Assembly (NCBI GenBank): GCA_014728035.1
Contig: WJMJ01000059.1
Span: 224,001-288,000 of the forward strand
Reading direction: 5' to 3'
DNA length: 64,000 nt
DNA from: Promethearchaeota archaeon
GTDB lineage: Archaea > Asgardarchaeota > Thorarchaeia > Thorarchaeales > Thorarchaeaceae
Shown: positions 30,487 through 40,993 of the stretch, in pieces
How the letters are laid out: each line of letters starts with the position of its first letter
How positions within the stretch are numbered: position 1 is the stretch's first letter
Notes under the pieces: model-generated
What the model was told of the DNA's origin: nothing
Seen by the model: the letters and a program-made list of their open reading frames with translations, nothing else
Databases searched by the model: none
Translations under genes and position numbers: made by a program

Positions 30487-31070
30487 ATTTCCAATTCAGA
30501 ATGAATTTCTTTAACAAACAGGTCAAGAATATTGTGTCTATTTTTAGCCATTTTCTTAGCGATATCAGTATACATCAGATTGTGTAATCTGAGCAATTTT
30601 TCTTGTGCATGCTTAAGGAATCCTTCAAGTCCAACTCCTGTTTCAACAGCATGAGCAATTGTTCGATATATTCCAATTGCGCCTATAGCATCTAGTTTAT
30701 CTGCGTCGCTAAGAATTTGACCTTCTAATGATGTTGGTGATAGTCCTTCACTAAATCTATGTGTTCGTATAGTTTCTTTCACTTTTTTGGTTTCTTCTTC
30801 TGTGAAATCAATTGACCTGAGGAATTCACTACTCATCTCACCAGATAATATGGAATGTGAAACACCTGTACTTTTCTCTCTGACTCTTCCGATATCATGT
30901 AGTAATGCTGCAGACAATAGAATTTTCATATCAGCTCCAAGCTCAGCTCCTATTTTTTCTGCAATAGAATACACTCTTCGAGAATGATCTAGAGCATGAG
31001 CTCCTTTTGGAAATGGACTAAATATCTCTTCAATGAATTCTTCTATTTTTGAGAGGTACACTATTATCAC
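30483..31070 (-). CDS. HD-domain phosphohydrolase
   Basis: HALDHSRRV, AALLHDIGR, HRFS, DADKLDAIGAIG. Confidence 0.93.
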   Translation of the reverse strand: MIIVYLSKIEEFIEEIFSPFPKGAHALDHSRRVYSIAEKIGAELGADMKILLSAALLHDIGRVREKSTGVSHSILSGEMSSEFLRSIDFTEEETKKVKETIRTHRFSEGLSPTSLEGQILSDADKLDAIGAIGIYRTIAHAVETGVGLEGFLKHAQEKLLRLHNLMYTDIAKKMAKNRHNILDLFVKEIHSELEI

Positions 31071-31278
31071 ACATTCTTGAAATTCTGTTTGTATTAATAC
31101 TTGTAGATGGTATCACCGGAATTTTCATTTATCGAACGCGATTCATATAAAACGAGAATGTATCGCTGAGAAAGCCTTATGTTTTTCCAACTATTATCTT
31201 GAGTATTGGTACGTAGTATATCCCATAAATGCCAATAACTAAATTCCCAACGCCTACTAAACAAGAGGGATTACACTA

Positions 31279-34200
31279 TTGAGCGATTCCACAAGCACAT
31301 CTCGCCGCAAAATTGGATTCACCACTATCGTGAGTTCAATATTTCTGATTGCAACACTTGTGTGGGGTACAACCACACTAATTATGATCCAAACAGGTCA
31401 AGGAAGAATTCAGACCCCTCATGAACCTTATACAGAAATTGAGGACTGGGCATATAACATTCCCTGGGCTGGCGGCCGTGCATCTTGGTTCGATAACATA
31501 AACTATACCGACCTGCCACTTGACCAACCTCTTCCAGAAGATCTAATGAATCAGTTGGAAAATGTGATATTCATTGCAGAACCCTCCGATCCTCTGCAGT
31601 TGTGGCGTGCTAGTGCATTTGACTCGTATGATGGCTCGGGATGGAAAAAATCAAGCATCGCAGAATATAGTGTATCAACCACCTCTCTTGCTGATGCAAC
31701 AGCTCAAGGAAATGAAATCTATACGGTTTATCTGAATTTAACAGCTGGGTCAAGTGTAGGTGAAGTCCAGCTACCTATCATCTTTCCAGACCAGCAAATC
31801 ATCACGGACTCATTCACTACCTACCCCTCTGGTCGGCTTTTGAGCTATACGTTGACAACTGATGATTATGGCACTGTCTTGTTGGGTCCGACAGTTCAGG
31901 GCGACCCTGGTGAAAATGTTTTGTTTAGTTATCAGGTAACTTATTCTACACAGGATTTAGAAAATATTGAATCAACTGCTATTGAAGATGCAAATGCTGG
32001 ACTGAATGCACCTCCATCAATCCGTAATTTATATTCGGTATTGGATATACCTCTTTCACAGCGTGTTCAAGATAACATATCACAATTTGACACGCTTAAT
32101 GCTTTTGAGAATTCTAGCGCTTTAGATGTCGCTTTATACGTAGAACAATATTTCAAGAGCACTTTTGACCTCATGATGGATCCTGATGAATACTCGGAGC
32201 GCCCATCTGATGGACAGGAAGTGACTGATTGGTTTATCGAACGTGGTGGTGGTCTTCCAATGGATTTTGCTACAGCATATTCAGTCTATATGAGAAGTCT
32301 TGACATTCCTGCACGAGTAACAATGGGTTATGCAGTTGGTGATCAAGATGGTGACCAACGAATCATTCGTGTTCGCCATATGATGTTCTGGGCGGAAGTG
32401 TTCATCCCTACAAGTGATGGTGGAGATTGGATTCAAGTCATTCCATTCTCACTAACCCCTGATATGGGTGGGGGGCAAACTCCCGAAAATGTTGATGAAA
32501 CTAGTATCGAATTATACGCTTTTCCTGCTGATTTGGACTTTCCATATGGTGTGATTGGTGAAGATGCGTATATTGGTGCAGCAATGAGTGCCGAAGGTTT
32601 CTTTATTTCCCAACCAGAAACTATCACCTTTTATGATCATACCGATGAGGTTGTTATGGGATCCACAACAATACAACCTGGGGAGTTGTTCCCACTTGCT
32701 AATTTGACCTATGTATTTCCCGAAGGATCCTTTATTGGCCAACATAATATTTCGGCAACATGGACCGGTCCTGATTTTTCCGTTTCCAATTGGACCTATA
32801 TCACAGTTGGTGGTTCAGCTTCACCAGTTAGCCTCCCATCTATTAGTGCTATTGATGGATTTATCAGAGACACACCTGATGTTATTGATCCAAAGACGGT
32901 CCAAGTTAACATTGCGAATGGGTTTGACAATCATACAGCATATTGGGATGACACGATTTCTGTTCAAGGTGTTTTAACAGTAGGTGGTTCTCCAGTTAAC
33001 GGGTCTACTTTGGAAAACGACCAAGTTCAGATTATGTGGGATAACGTATTTTATGCTAATGCTACAATTGCTGAAGACGGTTCTTATTCACTTGATATTT
33101 TTGTAGACCCATTTGATTTTGTTAGAATGACTGTTGGAGGACATGAGATCAAGTCGTATTATGCTGGAGAATTTACGGAAAGCAATGTTATTTTTCCTGG
33201 AGAGTCTCAACCCTCAACCGTTACAGTGCAAGGCATTGTTAGTTTCACATACTCTGTAACTCCCACCCTTACTTTCCGTGGTGATGTTATAGAATTCGAA
33301 GGTGTTGCTCAATTAAGAAATGGCACTACATTAGATGGTATTACAGTTGGAATCATTTTCGATGGTGTTTTGGTAAACACCACGACAAGCAATTCTTCTG
33401 GAGGATTTTTAGGATATTACACAATTCCTGGTGCAACCCCTTCCGGTTCTTATCCCGCATCTGTAAATTGGACCTCACCAGGCTCTGGTATTTACGCTAA
33501 TATTAGTGGTGATACGAGTACTGAAGTCTTTATAGATGTACAGACAGGAGCAACTGACTTGACTATTCAGACAAATCCCATAGCTCCAGGTCCTATTCAT
33601 ATTTTCGAATCAGTAACGGTATTTGGTAATCTTACTGAAACTGAAACTGGTAACGGTATAGTCGGTCGTGAAATTACAATATATTGGGAATCCGACTCTG
33701 TTATCAATTTAGGAACAGTCACTACCGGAACAGGTGGATATTATGAACTAACATTTGGAGTTCCAGATGGCTACCTTGGCAATGTTACTATTTGGTCCGT
33801 ATTTGATGCTGTTTCCGACCCAAGCTACTTGCCTACTGAATCGTTCAACCGGACAATGACTGTAGTAAAATGGCTTACTCAGGTGCAAGTATCCGTTGAC
33901 CCAAATCCTGTTCATCTATTAGAGGATCTCTCTATTGATGTTCGAGTATATCTACCTGAGAATGGAAGCTATTTGTCTAATGCTCCAGTTACAATATGGT
34001 GGCAAAACAGCACAACTACTCATAACCTTACAATTGAGATTACGAACTCAACTGGCTGGATTCATTATCAATATACAATTCCTATAGACCACTCATTTGA
34101 AATAGTAAACATAACCGCTCAATTTATCTCTCCCGCACTTGCCTATTCTGATAATGTATCTAGCTCATATTTTGTACAAATAACAAACTATCTTACAACA

Positions 34201-37200
34201 TTGACAATTAACTCAAACTCAACAGTTTATCATTTGAATGAGACTGCTTTCATATGGGGCTATTTGGAACATGAGAATGGAACCGGCTTATCGGGACAAT
34301 CCATCACAATCAATTGGGACTGGAATAATGGAACTGTGGATGTAATCCCTGTCGTAACAAATTCAACTGGTCATTTTGAGTATATCTATTCATTTTCATT
34401 AGCCGATGGTGAAGGAACAATTGACATAAATGCGACATATACAAGCCCCACAATTCTATACAATGGTTCTGTAGCTTACTTGATGCCATCGATGATTCAT
34501 CAGCTTTATCAACTTAGTCTTACTGGTGATTTTGATCAAACTCCTGCTGAGTATCATCTTGATGAATCATTCATATTCTCTGGCTCTCTCAGTTTTGTCG
34601 AGAATGGTAATCCCATATCTGGTGCAACAATTGTAATTAGCTACCTGAATAGTTCGGGAGTATTTACCTTCGATAAAGTCACTAACTCATCTGGTGGATA
34701 TTCTTTCCAGTACAATTGCACACTTAATGATGCACTTGGTGCAATTTACGTTTGGGCATCTTATCTTAGTACTGATCCTTTGTGGGAGAATGCCCAGTCT
34801 GTAAATAGAACCGCAGATTTAATTCTCTATCAAATGTCATTAACTATTAACACAGATACCAGCTCATACTTCCTTGATGAGATAGTTACCGTGACTGGAC
34901 AACTAACCTTCCAAGATAATGGAACTGAATTAGCTGACAAACCTATCCGGGTATGGTGGAATAATGGGTCTGCGTATGCTTTTGAATGGTATATAACAAA
35001 TAGTACTGGACACTTTACCTTTCTATACAATCTTTCTTTAGATGATGCTACTGGTATGGTTGATATTTGGGCTGAGTTTGAAAATACAATTCCTTTATGG
35101 GATAATGCAACCTCAAGTACGGTACAAATTCTACTCGAACTTTACCAATTTGATTTGACCATCTCAACGAATAGTTCTTCATATTTCTTAGATGAAGTTG
35201 TTTATGTAACTGGGCAGCTAGTATTCTCTCACAATAGTACTCCAGTAGAAAATGGTGCAATTCGTATCCTTTGGAATAACGGAAGTGTGTTTCAGTTCCA
35301 GTGGTACTATACTGATAGTTCTGGACAATTCGACTTTTACTATAACCTTTCAACATCGGATGCTACTGGTACTGTTCTTATTCAAGTGGAATTTGAAAAC
35401 ATTAATCCATTATGGAACAACGCATCATCAAATTCTGTATCTATTGATTTAGATTATTACTCGTTCACTCTAGGTATTGCTACAGATGCTGGATTCTACT
35501 TCTTAGATGAAGTTGTACATGTATATGGACAATTAACATATACGCACAATGGCACTGAATTGGTTGGTGCACCTATTCGTATCTCTTGGAATAATGGATC
35601 AACATGGTTCTTTCAGTGGTATTATACAAACAGTACTGGGTACTATAACTTCTATTACAATCTCTCCCCCTCCGAAGGTGAGGGAAACATCGATATCCGT
35701 GCATATTTTGAGAATACCAATCCTTTGTGGAATAATGCTACTTCACTTCTGCACTCGATTAGTATTGGTAAATATTCGACAACTATGACCGTCATGTTAT
35801 CGCCTAATCCAGTTTATCTTAACGAGACCCTGACAATTTACATATATCTCCAGTTTAGTCATAATAGCTCGGGAGTTTCTGCTCAACAAGTCAATCTTTA
35901 CTGGAACAATGGGACTGAATTTTTCATAGCCTCCATCATTACTGATGCAAATGGTGAATACTGGTACACCTATTCGAAGATGGATGAAGATACAATCTGG
36001 ACCGGAATAACTATTCATGGAGAATATGCCGGAAATGCTCTCATCGCAGGGGTGAATTCAACAGGACAAGGATTGACACTACAGCAGTGGCCAACAATAT
36101 TCACAGGTGTCAATACTGGTGGAATTACTATCTATCACCTCACTGAAACTATCATAATATCTGGAACTTTGTATTATGACACCAATCCCGATGTCGTATT
36201 TGGCGGTGCAACTATTGATTTATTACTTGATGGCTGGCTTGCAAATCAAACCGTGACCGGGTCCGATGGATCATTTACGGCCTATTGGTATATCAATGAA
36301 TCAGTTTCCTATAGTACTTACACTCTTACCGTTCGATATCTGTCCGGTGTCAATTGGATTGCCGATGCAAGTGATTCGCTATTTATTTCTATTACAGAGA
36401 ATGCACTATCTTGGATATTCACAGTGTCACCTACTCCTGTTAATTTGGGTCAATCTGTTAGCATAACTGGCACTCTACTCTTAGAAAATGGAACTGGGTA
36501 TGCTGGTGCAAGCGTGAATCTATATTGGCGTCATGAATCTGGCCCCGATATCTTCATCACCTCTGTAGTTACACTTGGAGATGGTTCCTTTAGCTACAGC
36601 CATTTTATCGATTTATCAACTCCTCTCGGTGACAGCGATTTCTGGGCAAACTGCACCCCTGCAGACTCCCACATTGCAGCTGGTCAGTCCCCAATTCGTA
36701 CAATTCTAATTCAAACCATTGCAGTGGAACTAACTTGCTCAACAGATACAGGGTCTGACTATCGAGGTAGTTCCGTTACAATTTCTGGATTATTGACCTT
36801 TTCAAATGGGACTCCAATGTCAGGATATAACATTGGTATATTTTGGAATGGTGCATTGCTCACGAATAGAACCACTGATGGTTCTGGCTCTTACTCTTAT
36901 TCTTTCATAATTGGTTGGACTGTTCCTGTTGGGACAATCTCCTATTATGCAGTATTTACACGTCCAGATGCGTCCTATGCGCATGCACAAAGCCAAACAA
37001 GGAATTTCGACATTCGTGACCTCATTCAACTAACTTTGTATCCACAGACAATAACCGAGATTACTGCTGGCGAAGAACTCGCCGTTTCCGGTTATGTTAC
37101 AAATGGAAATAATAGTGTTGAAGGGGTTTTCATCCAAATTGTGTTTGATTCTTCTCTGCAATCTGAGGGGGCGACAACAGATTCTATTGGTGAATTCCTT

Positions 37201-38106
37201 ATTTCCTACACAATACCCACCTCTACTGCAGTAGGTGACCATACGATAAGCATTGGGGTAGTTTCATCGTACTATGACCTGTCCAGTACTCCAGACTCGT
37301 GGATCATTTCAGTGCAGGCAGACTCTGAAATCGAGGTGGAGTTTGTTAGCCTCGCTGACACAATGGTTGGCGAAACTATCACTTTTCGATTCCATGTACA
37401 ACGAACGAGTGGTGAGCTAATTACCAATGGATCAGTTACAATTGAGCTGGGAAATACCGTAATCGGCACCTATTCGATTGCGTCTAGCACGTGGACAGAA
37501 CACGCCTTTACAATACCTCTCTCTTGGTCTGAAGGAAGTGGGTTATTCACTCTGCATGCAATTTACTCAGGTATAGCCGACATCGCTGGGTCCGAAGCAG
37601 AATCCGATGATTCAATACACATATTCTCACGGGATGTTGTTTTTGATACAAGCCAGACTCTCTCGGTAGTAATTCCCGGGCAACCTCTTGTGATTACTGT
37701 TATACTTACAGATGACTCTACCGAACCAATTCCGATTAAGAATAGGGATGTTCGAATTGACCTTAACGGAACCGATTCTGTTCGACTCACAACAAATGAT
37801 GCAGGTAGAGTTAGCTATACTGCTTTCGAAGCAGCTCCAGAAGGTCAATTTAATTTTACCATAGTTTTATTGTCCACAACGATAGATGTCCAGTCTGATA
37901 CACAAATAGTCCAAATAGGAATAGTACCTATTCCTGGATTGGACACCGCACTAATTATTATGTGGGTTGTTATCATTGCTATCGAGGTGGTTGTTGCCAT
38001 GATTATCTTTGCTAGATATGGTGCAGCAATCTCACGATGGACAAGACGTTTCCGTTTCCGGATGTGGGATGGAACAAAACTCAGTCAATACATAAAACAC
38101 GGGTGA
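31279..38106 (+). CDS. Giant membrane-anchored surface protein: transglutaminase-like domain (catalytic residues lost) plus many Ig-like repeats
   Basis: N-terminal TM; LWRASAFDSYDGSGW; GLPMDFATA...RSLDIPARVTMGY...WAEVF; many ~100-aa beta-rich repeats rich in N-x-S/T; C-terminal TM. Confidence 0.88.
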   Translation: MSDSTSTSRRKIGFTTIVSSIFLIATLVWGTTTLIMIQTGQGRIQTPHEPYTEIEDWAYNIPWAGGRASWFDNINYTDLPLDQPLPEDLMNQLENVIFIAEPSDPLQLWRASAFDSYDGSGWKKSSIAEYSVSTTSLADATAQGNEIYTVYLNLTAGSSVGEVQLPIIFPDQQIITDSFTTYPSGRLLSYTLTTDDYGTVLLGPTVQGDPGENVLFSYQVTYSTQDLENIESTAIEDANAGLNAPPSIRNLYSVLDIPLSQRVQDNISQFDTLNAFENSSALDVALYVEQYFKSTFDLMMDPDEYSERPSDGQEVTDWFIERGGGLPMDFATAYSVYMRSLDIPARVTMGYAVGDQDGDQRIIRVRHMMFWAEVFIPTSDGGDWIQVIPFSLTPDMGGGQTPENVDETSIELYAFPADLDFPYGVIGEDAYIGAAMSAEGFFISQPETITFYDHTDEVVMGSTTIQPGELFPLANLTYVFPEGSFIGQHNISATWTGPDFSVSNWTYITVGGSASPVSLPSISAIDGFIRDTPDVIDPKTVQVNIANGFDNHTAYWDDTISVQGVLTVGGSPVNGSTLENDQVQIMWDNVFYANATIAEDGSYSLDIFVDPFDFVRMTVGGHEIKSYYAGEFTESNVIFPGESQPSTVTVQGIVSFTYSVTPTLTFRGDVIEFEGVAQLRNGTTLDGITVGIIFDGVLVNTTTSNSSGGFLGYYTIPGATPSGSYPASVNWTSPGSGIYANISGDTSTEVFIDVQTGATDLTIQTNPIAPGPIHIFESVTVFGNLTETETGNGIVGREITIYWESDSVINLGTVTTGTGGYYELTFGVPDGYLGNVTIWSVFDAVSDPSYLPTESFNRTMTVVKWLTQVQVSVDPNPVHLLEDLSIDVRVYLPENGSYLSNAPVTIWWQNSTTTHNLTIEITNSTGWIHYQYTIPIDHSFEIVNITAQFISPALAYSDNVSSSYFVQITNYLTTLTINSNSTVYHLNETAFIWGYLEHENGTGLSGQSITINWDWNNGTVDVIPVVTNSTGHFEYIYSFSLADGEGTIDINATYTSPTILYNGSVAYLMPSMIHQLYQLSLTGDFDQTPAEYHLDESFIFSGSLSFVENGNPISGATIVISYLNSSGVFTFDKVTNSSGGYSFQYNCTLNDALGAIYVWASYLSTDPLWENAQSVNRTADLILYQMSLTINTDTSSYFLDEIVTVTGQLTFQDNGTELADKPIRVWWNNGSAYAFEWYITNSTGHFTFLYNLSLDDATGMVDIWAEFENTIPLWDNATSSTVQILLELYQFDLTISTNSSSYFLDEVVYVTGQLVFSHNSTPVENGAIRILWNNGSVFQFQWYYTDSSGQFDFYYNLSTSDATGTVLIQVEFENINPLWNNASSNSVSIDLDYYSFTLGIATDAGFYFLDEVVHVYGQLTYTHNGTELVGAPIRISWNNGSTWFFQWYYTNSTGYYNFYYNLSPSEGEGNIDIRAYFENTNPLWNNATSLLHSISIGKYSTTMTVMLSPNPVYLNETLTIYIYLQFSHNSSGVSAQQVNLYWNNGTEFFIASIITDANGEYWYTYSKMDEDTIWTGITIHGEYAGNALIAGVNSTGQGLTLQQWPTIFTGVNTGGITIYHLTETIIISGTLYYDTNPDVVFGGATIDLLLDGWLANQTVTGSDGSFTAYWYINESVSYSTYTLTVRYLSGVNWIADASDSLFISITENALSWIFTVSPTPVNLGQSVSITGTLLLENGTGYAGASVNLYWRHESGPDIFITSVVTLGDGSFSYSHFIDLSTPLGDSDFWANCTPADSHIAAGQSPIRTILIQTIAVELTCSTDTGSDYRGSSVTISGLLTFSNGTPMSGYNIGIFWNGALLTNRTTDGSGSYSYSFIIGWTVPVGTISYYAVFTRPDASYAHAQSQTRNFDIRDLIQLTLYPQTITEITAGEELAVSGYVTNGNNSVEGVFIQIVFDSSLQSEGATTDSIGEFLISYTIPTSTAVGDHTISIGVVSSYYDLSSTPDSWIISVQADSEIEVEFVSLADTMVGETITFRFHVQRTSGELITNGSVTIELGNTVIGTYSIASSTWTEHAFTIPLSWSEGSGLFTLHAIYSGIADIAGSEAESDDSIHIFSRDVVFDTSQTLSVVIPGQPLVITVILTDDSTEPIPIKNRDVRIDLNGTDSVRLTTNDAGRVSYTAFEAAPEGQFNFTIVLLSTTIDVQSDTQIVQIGIVPIPGLDTALIIMWVVIIAIEVVVAMIIFARYGAAISRWTRRFRFRMWDGTKLSQYIKHG
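34828..35772 (+). repeat. Three tandem 315-bp (105-aa) intragenic repeats
   Basis: YFLDE codons start at 34867, 35182 and 35497 (exact 315-bp period); shared GQL, IRxxWNNGS, YNLS, FENxxPLWxNA. Confidence 0.9.
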
Positions 38107-38114
38107 TATAATAA

Positions 38115-38558
38115 ATGCAACTTCAAATAATCCTTCCAGCAGCAGCTCTTAGTGGTGCAATAGTCGTTGTACTATTGTACCTCTATCTGGTCAAAGGTAT
38201 GTTCAGAAGGCCTGTAAGTCCAACAGGTGTGGATATTCCTGGAAAGCTGAGGAATATCAAAAAGCTCGCAAATGCTGGAAAGTATGGTGCAGCAATTACT
38301 TTAGCGTATCGAACGTTCGAACAGATGTGTGGAGCAAGGATTGGCTCAGAAAGAGCTAACTCCGAAACAGCTCGTGAATATCTTGAACGTGTGCTTAAGA
38401 CACTTCCATTGGACACAGCTACTTTGGAAGAGTTTGTTGATACATATGAGGAAGCGCGATTCTCAAATCATGAGATGTCTCAAGATCGATATGAGTATGC
38501 AATTAGGGTGTTTACTGACATCTATCCAAAAATCGATTCGACTGCACGTGTAGAATGA
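38115..38558 (+). CDS. DUF4129-domain membrane protein
   Basis: N-terminal TM; SETAREY and YEEARFS signature. Confidence 0.88.
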   Translation: MQLQIILPAAALSGAIVVVLLYLYLVKGMFRRPVSPTGVDIPGKLRNIKKLANAGKYGAAITLAYRTFEQMCGARIGSERANSETAREYLERVLKTLPLDTATLEEFVDTYEEARFSNHEMSQDRYEYAIRVFTDIYPKIDSTARVE

Positions 38559-38581
38559 ACAGTAATTGGTGGAAGTAGTAA

Positions 38582-39973
38582 ATGGGCTGGAAAGAAGTTC
38601 TTCAAATAATCGTATTCGCTCTGGCATGGTTTCCTGTGGGTATACTGGTGAGTACCAGTGTATCTGGAGGTGAAGAAATATACCAACATGATTTCAGTAT
38701 TTATAATGACGCTTACGACGGGTTAAGCCAATACCGTCTTGCCATTGAGAATGTAAATTATGATGTAGAAACTATACAGTCCTCCATGAGTGTAATTTCA
38801 AGATATAATGGGTCTGCTGTTTTGGTAATAATGGGTCCGGTCCAGGATTTCACTATTGATGCAGTCTTAACAATATTCAACCATTTACAAGCTGGTGGGG
38901 GTGTTCTTATTGCAGATGATTTTGGTACTGCCAATCGTTCATTTGGTTTGCTTAACACACTCTTAGATGGAATATTTACGGGCCAATTACCAGTTGATGT
39001 TCAAGGTTTCTTATCATATACTGATGGAGTCCTTTTAGATTTGGATTCATATGATAGATCCCCAAAGCTCCCAGTGATTCGTGACCTTCGAATTGGACTT
39101 GATGGTGGTGCGTTAACCCAAGGAGTTTCAGAGCTCCGTCTTAATTGGGCGACCGCAATAAATCCAAGATGTTTGATTGGAGCTGCTGGTATTGCATTTA
39201 CTACTATCAGATCTTGGTGTGAAACAGACATTGAAGACACCAACCCTGCACCTGATGAACACGAATGGGCTGGAGCTCTTCCTGTTGCTGGTGCTATTGA
39301 TTTAGGCGCTGGTGGATTAAGTGGTCGTATCGTTGCTGTTAGTGACCCAAGTATGTTCAATAATGATATGTGGGGCAGATCCCCAGGAAATCGGCAGTTC
39401 GGCATGAATATTGTTAATTGGTTATCACATGGAGATAATTCTATACCCGTGGTCTTCAGTGAGAATCTTCTAGCTGTACCTGTCAATTCTCCCGAATGGT
39501 TTTTTGGTGCCTATCTTAGTAGAATTCTTTGGATGAGTACCAATCCTATACTAGCTCCAATTTATCCACTTATGACCGCAATAGGAATCAGAAAGTATCT
39601 GCCAGACATGAAGAAGGTTGAGGTCAAATCAGTTTCAGAAGTTTTCCTTCGTCGTGGACAGACCTATTTCAGTGAGCGAATGGCGTACTACAGAACCGAG
39701 GGAAATTATGCAAGAGTAGTCAAGTTATTGTATCGAAAACTTCGACGAGACCTACGTAGAAAACAACACATGACTGAATTCAGTCCTGAAAAGACATGGG
39801 AACTTATCAAACATATAGATAGTAAGATGAAAAAACAAGAATTCTTCAAAACTTTTGAACGAATTGATGAAATCGCATCTGATCCGGGTAAAAAGATCCG
39901 TGAAAGTGAGATGATGGATTTGTTTTTCTTCCTTCGTACTATCACATCACAATTAATTGACTCAAAAAGTTAA
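38582..39973 (+). CDS. DUF4350-like (GATase-like fold) membrane protein
   Basis: FSIYN..YDGLS, GGGVLIADDFG, GRIVAVSDPSMFNN.M...N; usual position before moxR. Confidence 0.8.
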   Translation: MGWKEVLQIIVFALAWFPVGILVSTSVSGGEEIYQHDFSIYNDAYDGLSQYRLAIENVNYDVETIQSSMSVISRYNGSAVLVIMGPVQDFTIDAVLTIFNHLQAGGGVLIADDFGTANRSFGLLNTLLDGIFTGQLPVDVQGFLSYTDGVLLDLDSYDRSPKLPVIRDLRIGLDGGALTQGVSELRLNWATAINPRCLIGAAGIAFTTIRSWCETDIEDTNPAPDEHEWAGALPVAGAIDLGAGGLSGRIVAVSDPSMFNNDMWGRSPGNRQFGMNIVNWLSHGDNSIPVVFSENLLAVPVNSPEWFFGAYLSRILWMSTNPILAPIYPLMTAIGIRKYLPDMKKVEVKSVSEVFLRRGQTYFSERMAYYRTEGNYARVVKLLYRKLRRDLRRKQHMTEFSPEKTWELIKHIDSKMKKQEFFKTFERIDEIASDPGKKIRESEMMDLFFFLRTITSQLIDSKS

Positions 39974-39987
39974 GGTGGAACAAAAAG

Positions 39988-40974
39988 ATGACATTAGAAG
40001 ATAGTGGATTAGGTCAGTCTGGTGGAATTGCACCGATGACCATAGATGAGGTGCACGAGCTCTCATCTGAAATCATCCGAGAATGCGGACGAGCCGTAGT
40101 TGGAAAAATCGACATCCTCCGAGATGTGCTGATTGCCTTTCTCTCAAACGGCCACGTTGTTCTTGAAGGTGTACCTGGCCTTGCAAAAACCTACATGGCG
40201 CGTACATTCTCATCCATTCTTGGTTGTGCTTTCAAGAGAATACAACTCACCGTTGACACACTTCCTGCTGATATTCTCGGAAGTAATGTGTTTAATCAAA
40301 AAAGTGGTGAGTTCTGGTTTAGGAAAGGACCTGTATTTGCCAATCTCGTTCTAGCTGACGAGATTAATCGTTGCCCTCCTAAGTCACAAAGTGCCCTCTT
40401 GGAAGTAATGGAAGAACGCCAAGTTTCAATTGAAGGAGTGACTAGAAAGCTTCCTAAACCATTCCTGATTATTGCAACACAGAATCCTGTTGAACAGGAA
40501 GGAACTTATCCTCTGCCTGAAGCACAACTGGACCGGTTCATGTTCCGATTGATATTAGATTATCCGACTGGCGCTGAAGAAGCTGAAGTCATCCGCAGAA
40601 AACATGTTGGCGACATAACCGACCTTCGTGTGCTAGCGGACCCAAGTACCCTTATTCGTATGCAAGAAGCATGCAAACAAGTATTCCTGGAAGAAGATAT
40701 CATCAGCTACATCCGTGATATAGTTATTCGGACTAGGAATGACCCACAGATCCTGTTAGGAGGCTCCCCACGTGCATCTTTGGTGCTCATGAATGCGTCC
40801 AAGACTAGAGCAGCTATGCATGGTCGTGATTATGTTATTCCTGAAGATGTTCGCAAACTCTGTGTTCAGACCTTGAATCATCGGCTTCTACTCAAACCCG
40901 AAGCCGAACTCGAAGGATTGACCGTTGAACGAATTGTATCCAAGATTCTTGGTGAAGTTGATTGTCCAAGATAG
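39988..40974 (+). CDS. moxR: MoxR-family AAA+ ATPase
   Basis: GHVVLEGVPGLAKT, LADEINR, ATQNPVEQEGTYPLPEAQLDRF, SPRA. Confidence 0.97.
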   Translation: MTLEDSGLGQSGGIAPMTIDEVHELSSEIIRECGRAVVGKIDILRDVLIAFLSNGHVVLEGVPGLAKTYMARTFSSILGCAFKRIQLTVDTLPADILGSNVFNQKSGEFWFRKGPVFANLVLADEINRCPPKSQSALLEVMEERQVSIEGVTRKLPKPFLIIATQNPVEQEGTYPLPEAQLDRFMFRLILDYPTGAEEAEVIRRKHVGDITDLRVLADPSTLIRMQEACKQVFLEEDIISYIRDIVIRTRNDPQILLGGSPRASLVLMNASKTRAAMHGRDYVIPEDVRKLCVQTLNHRLLLKPEAELEGLTVERIVSKILGEVDCPR

Positions 40975-40993
40975 TTGATTGAGGTAGATTCAC

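Noticed and set aside
34828-35772. Periodic repeats as a CRISPR array
   Set aside because: 315-bp in-frame coding repeats with synonymous divergence; no short identical repeats with spacers
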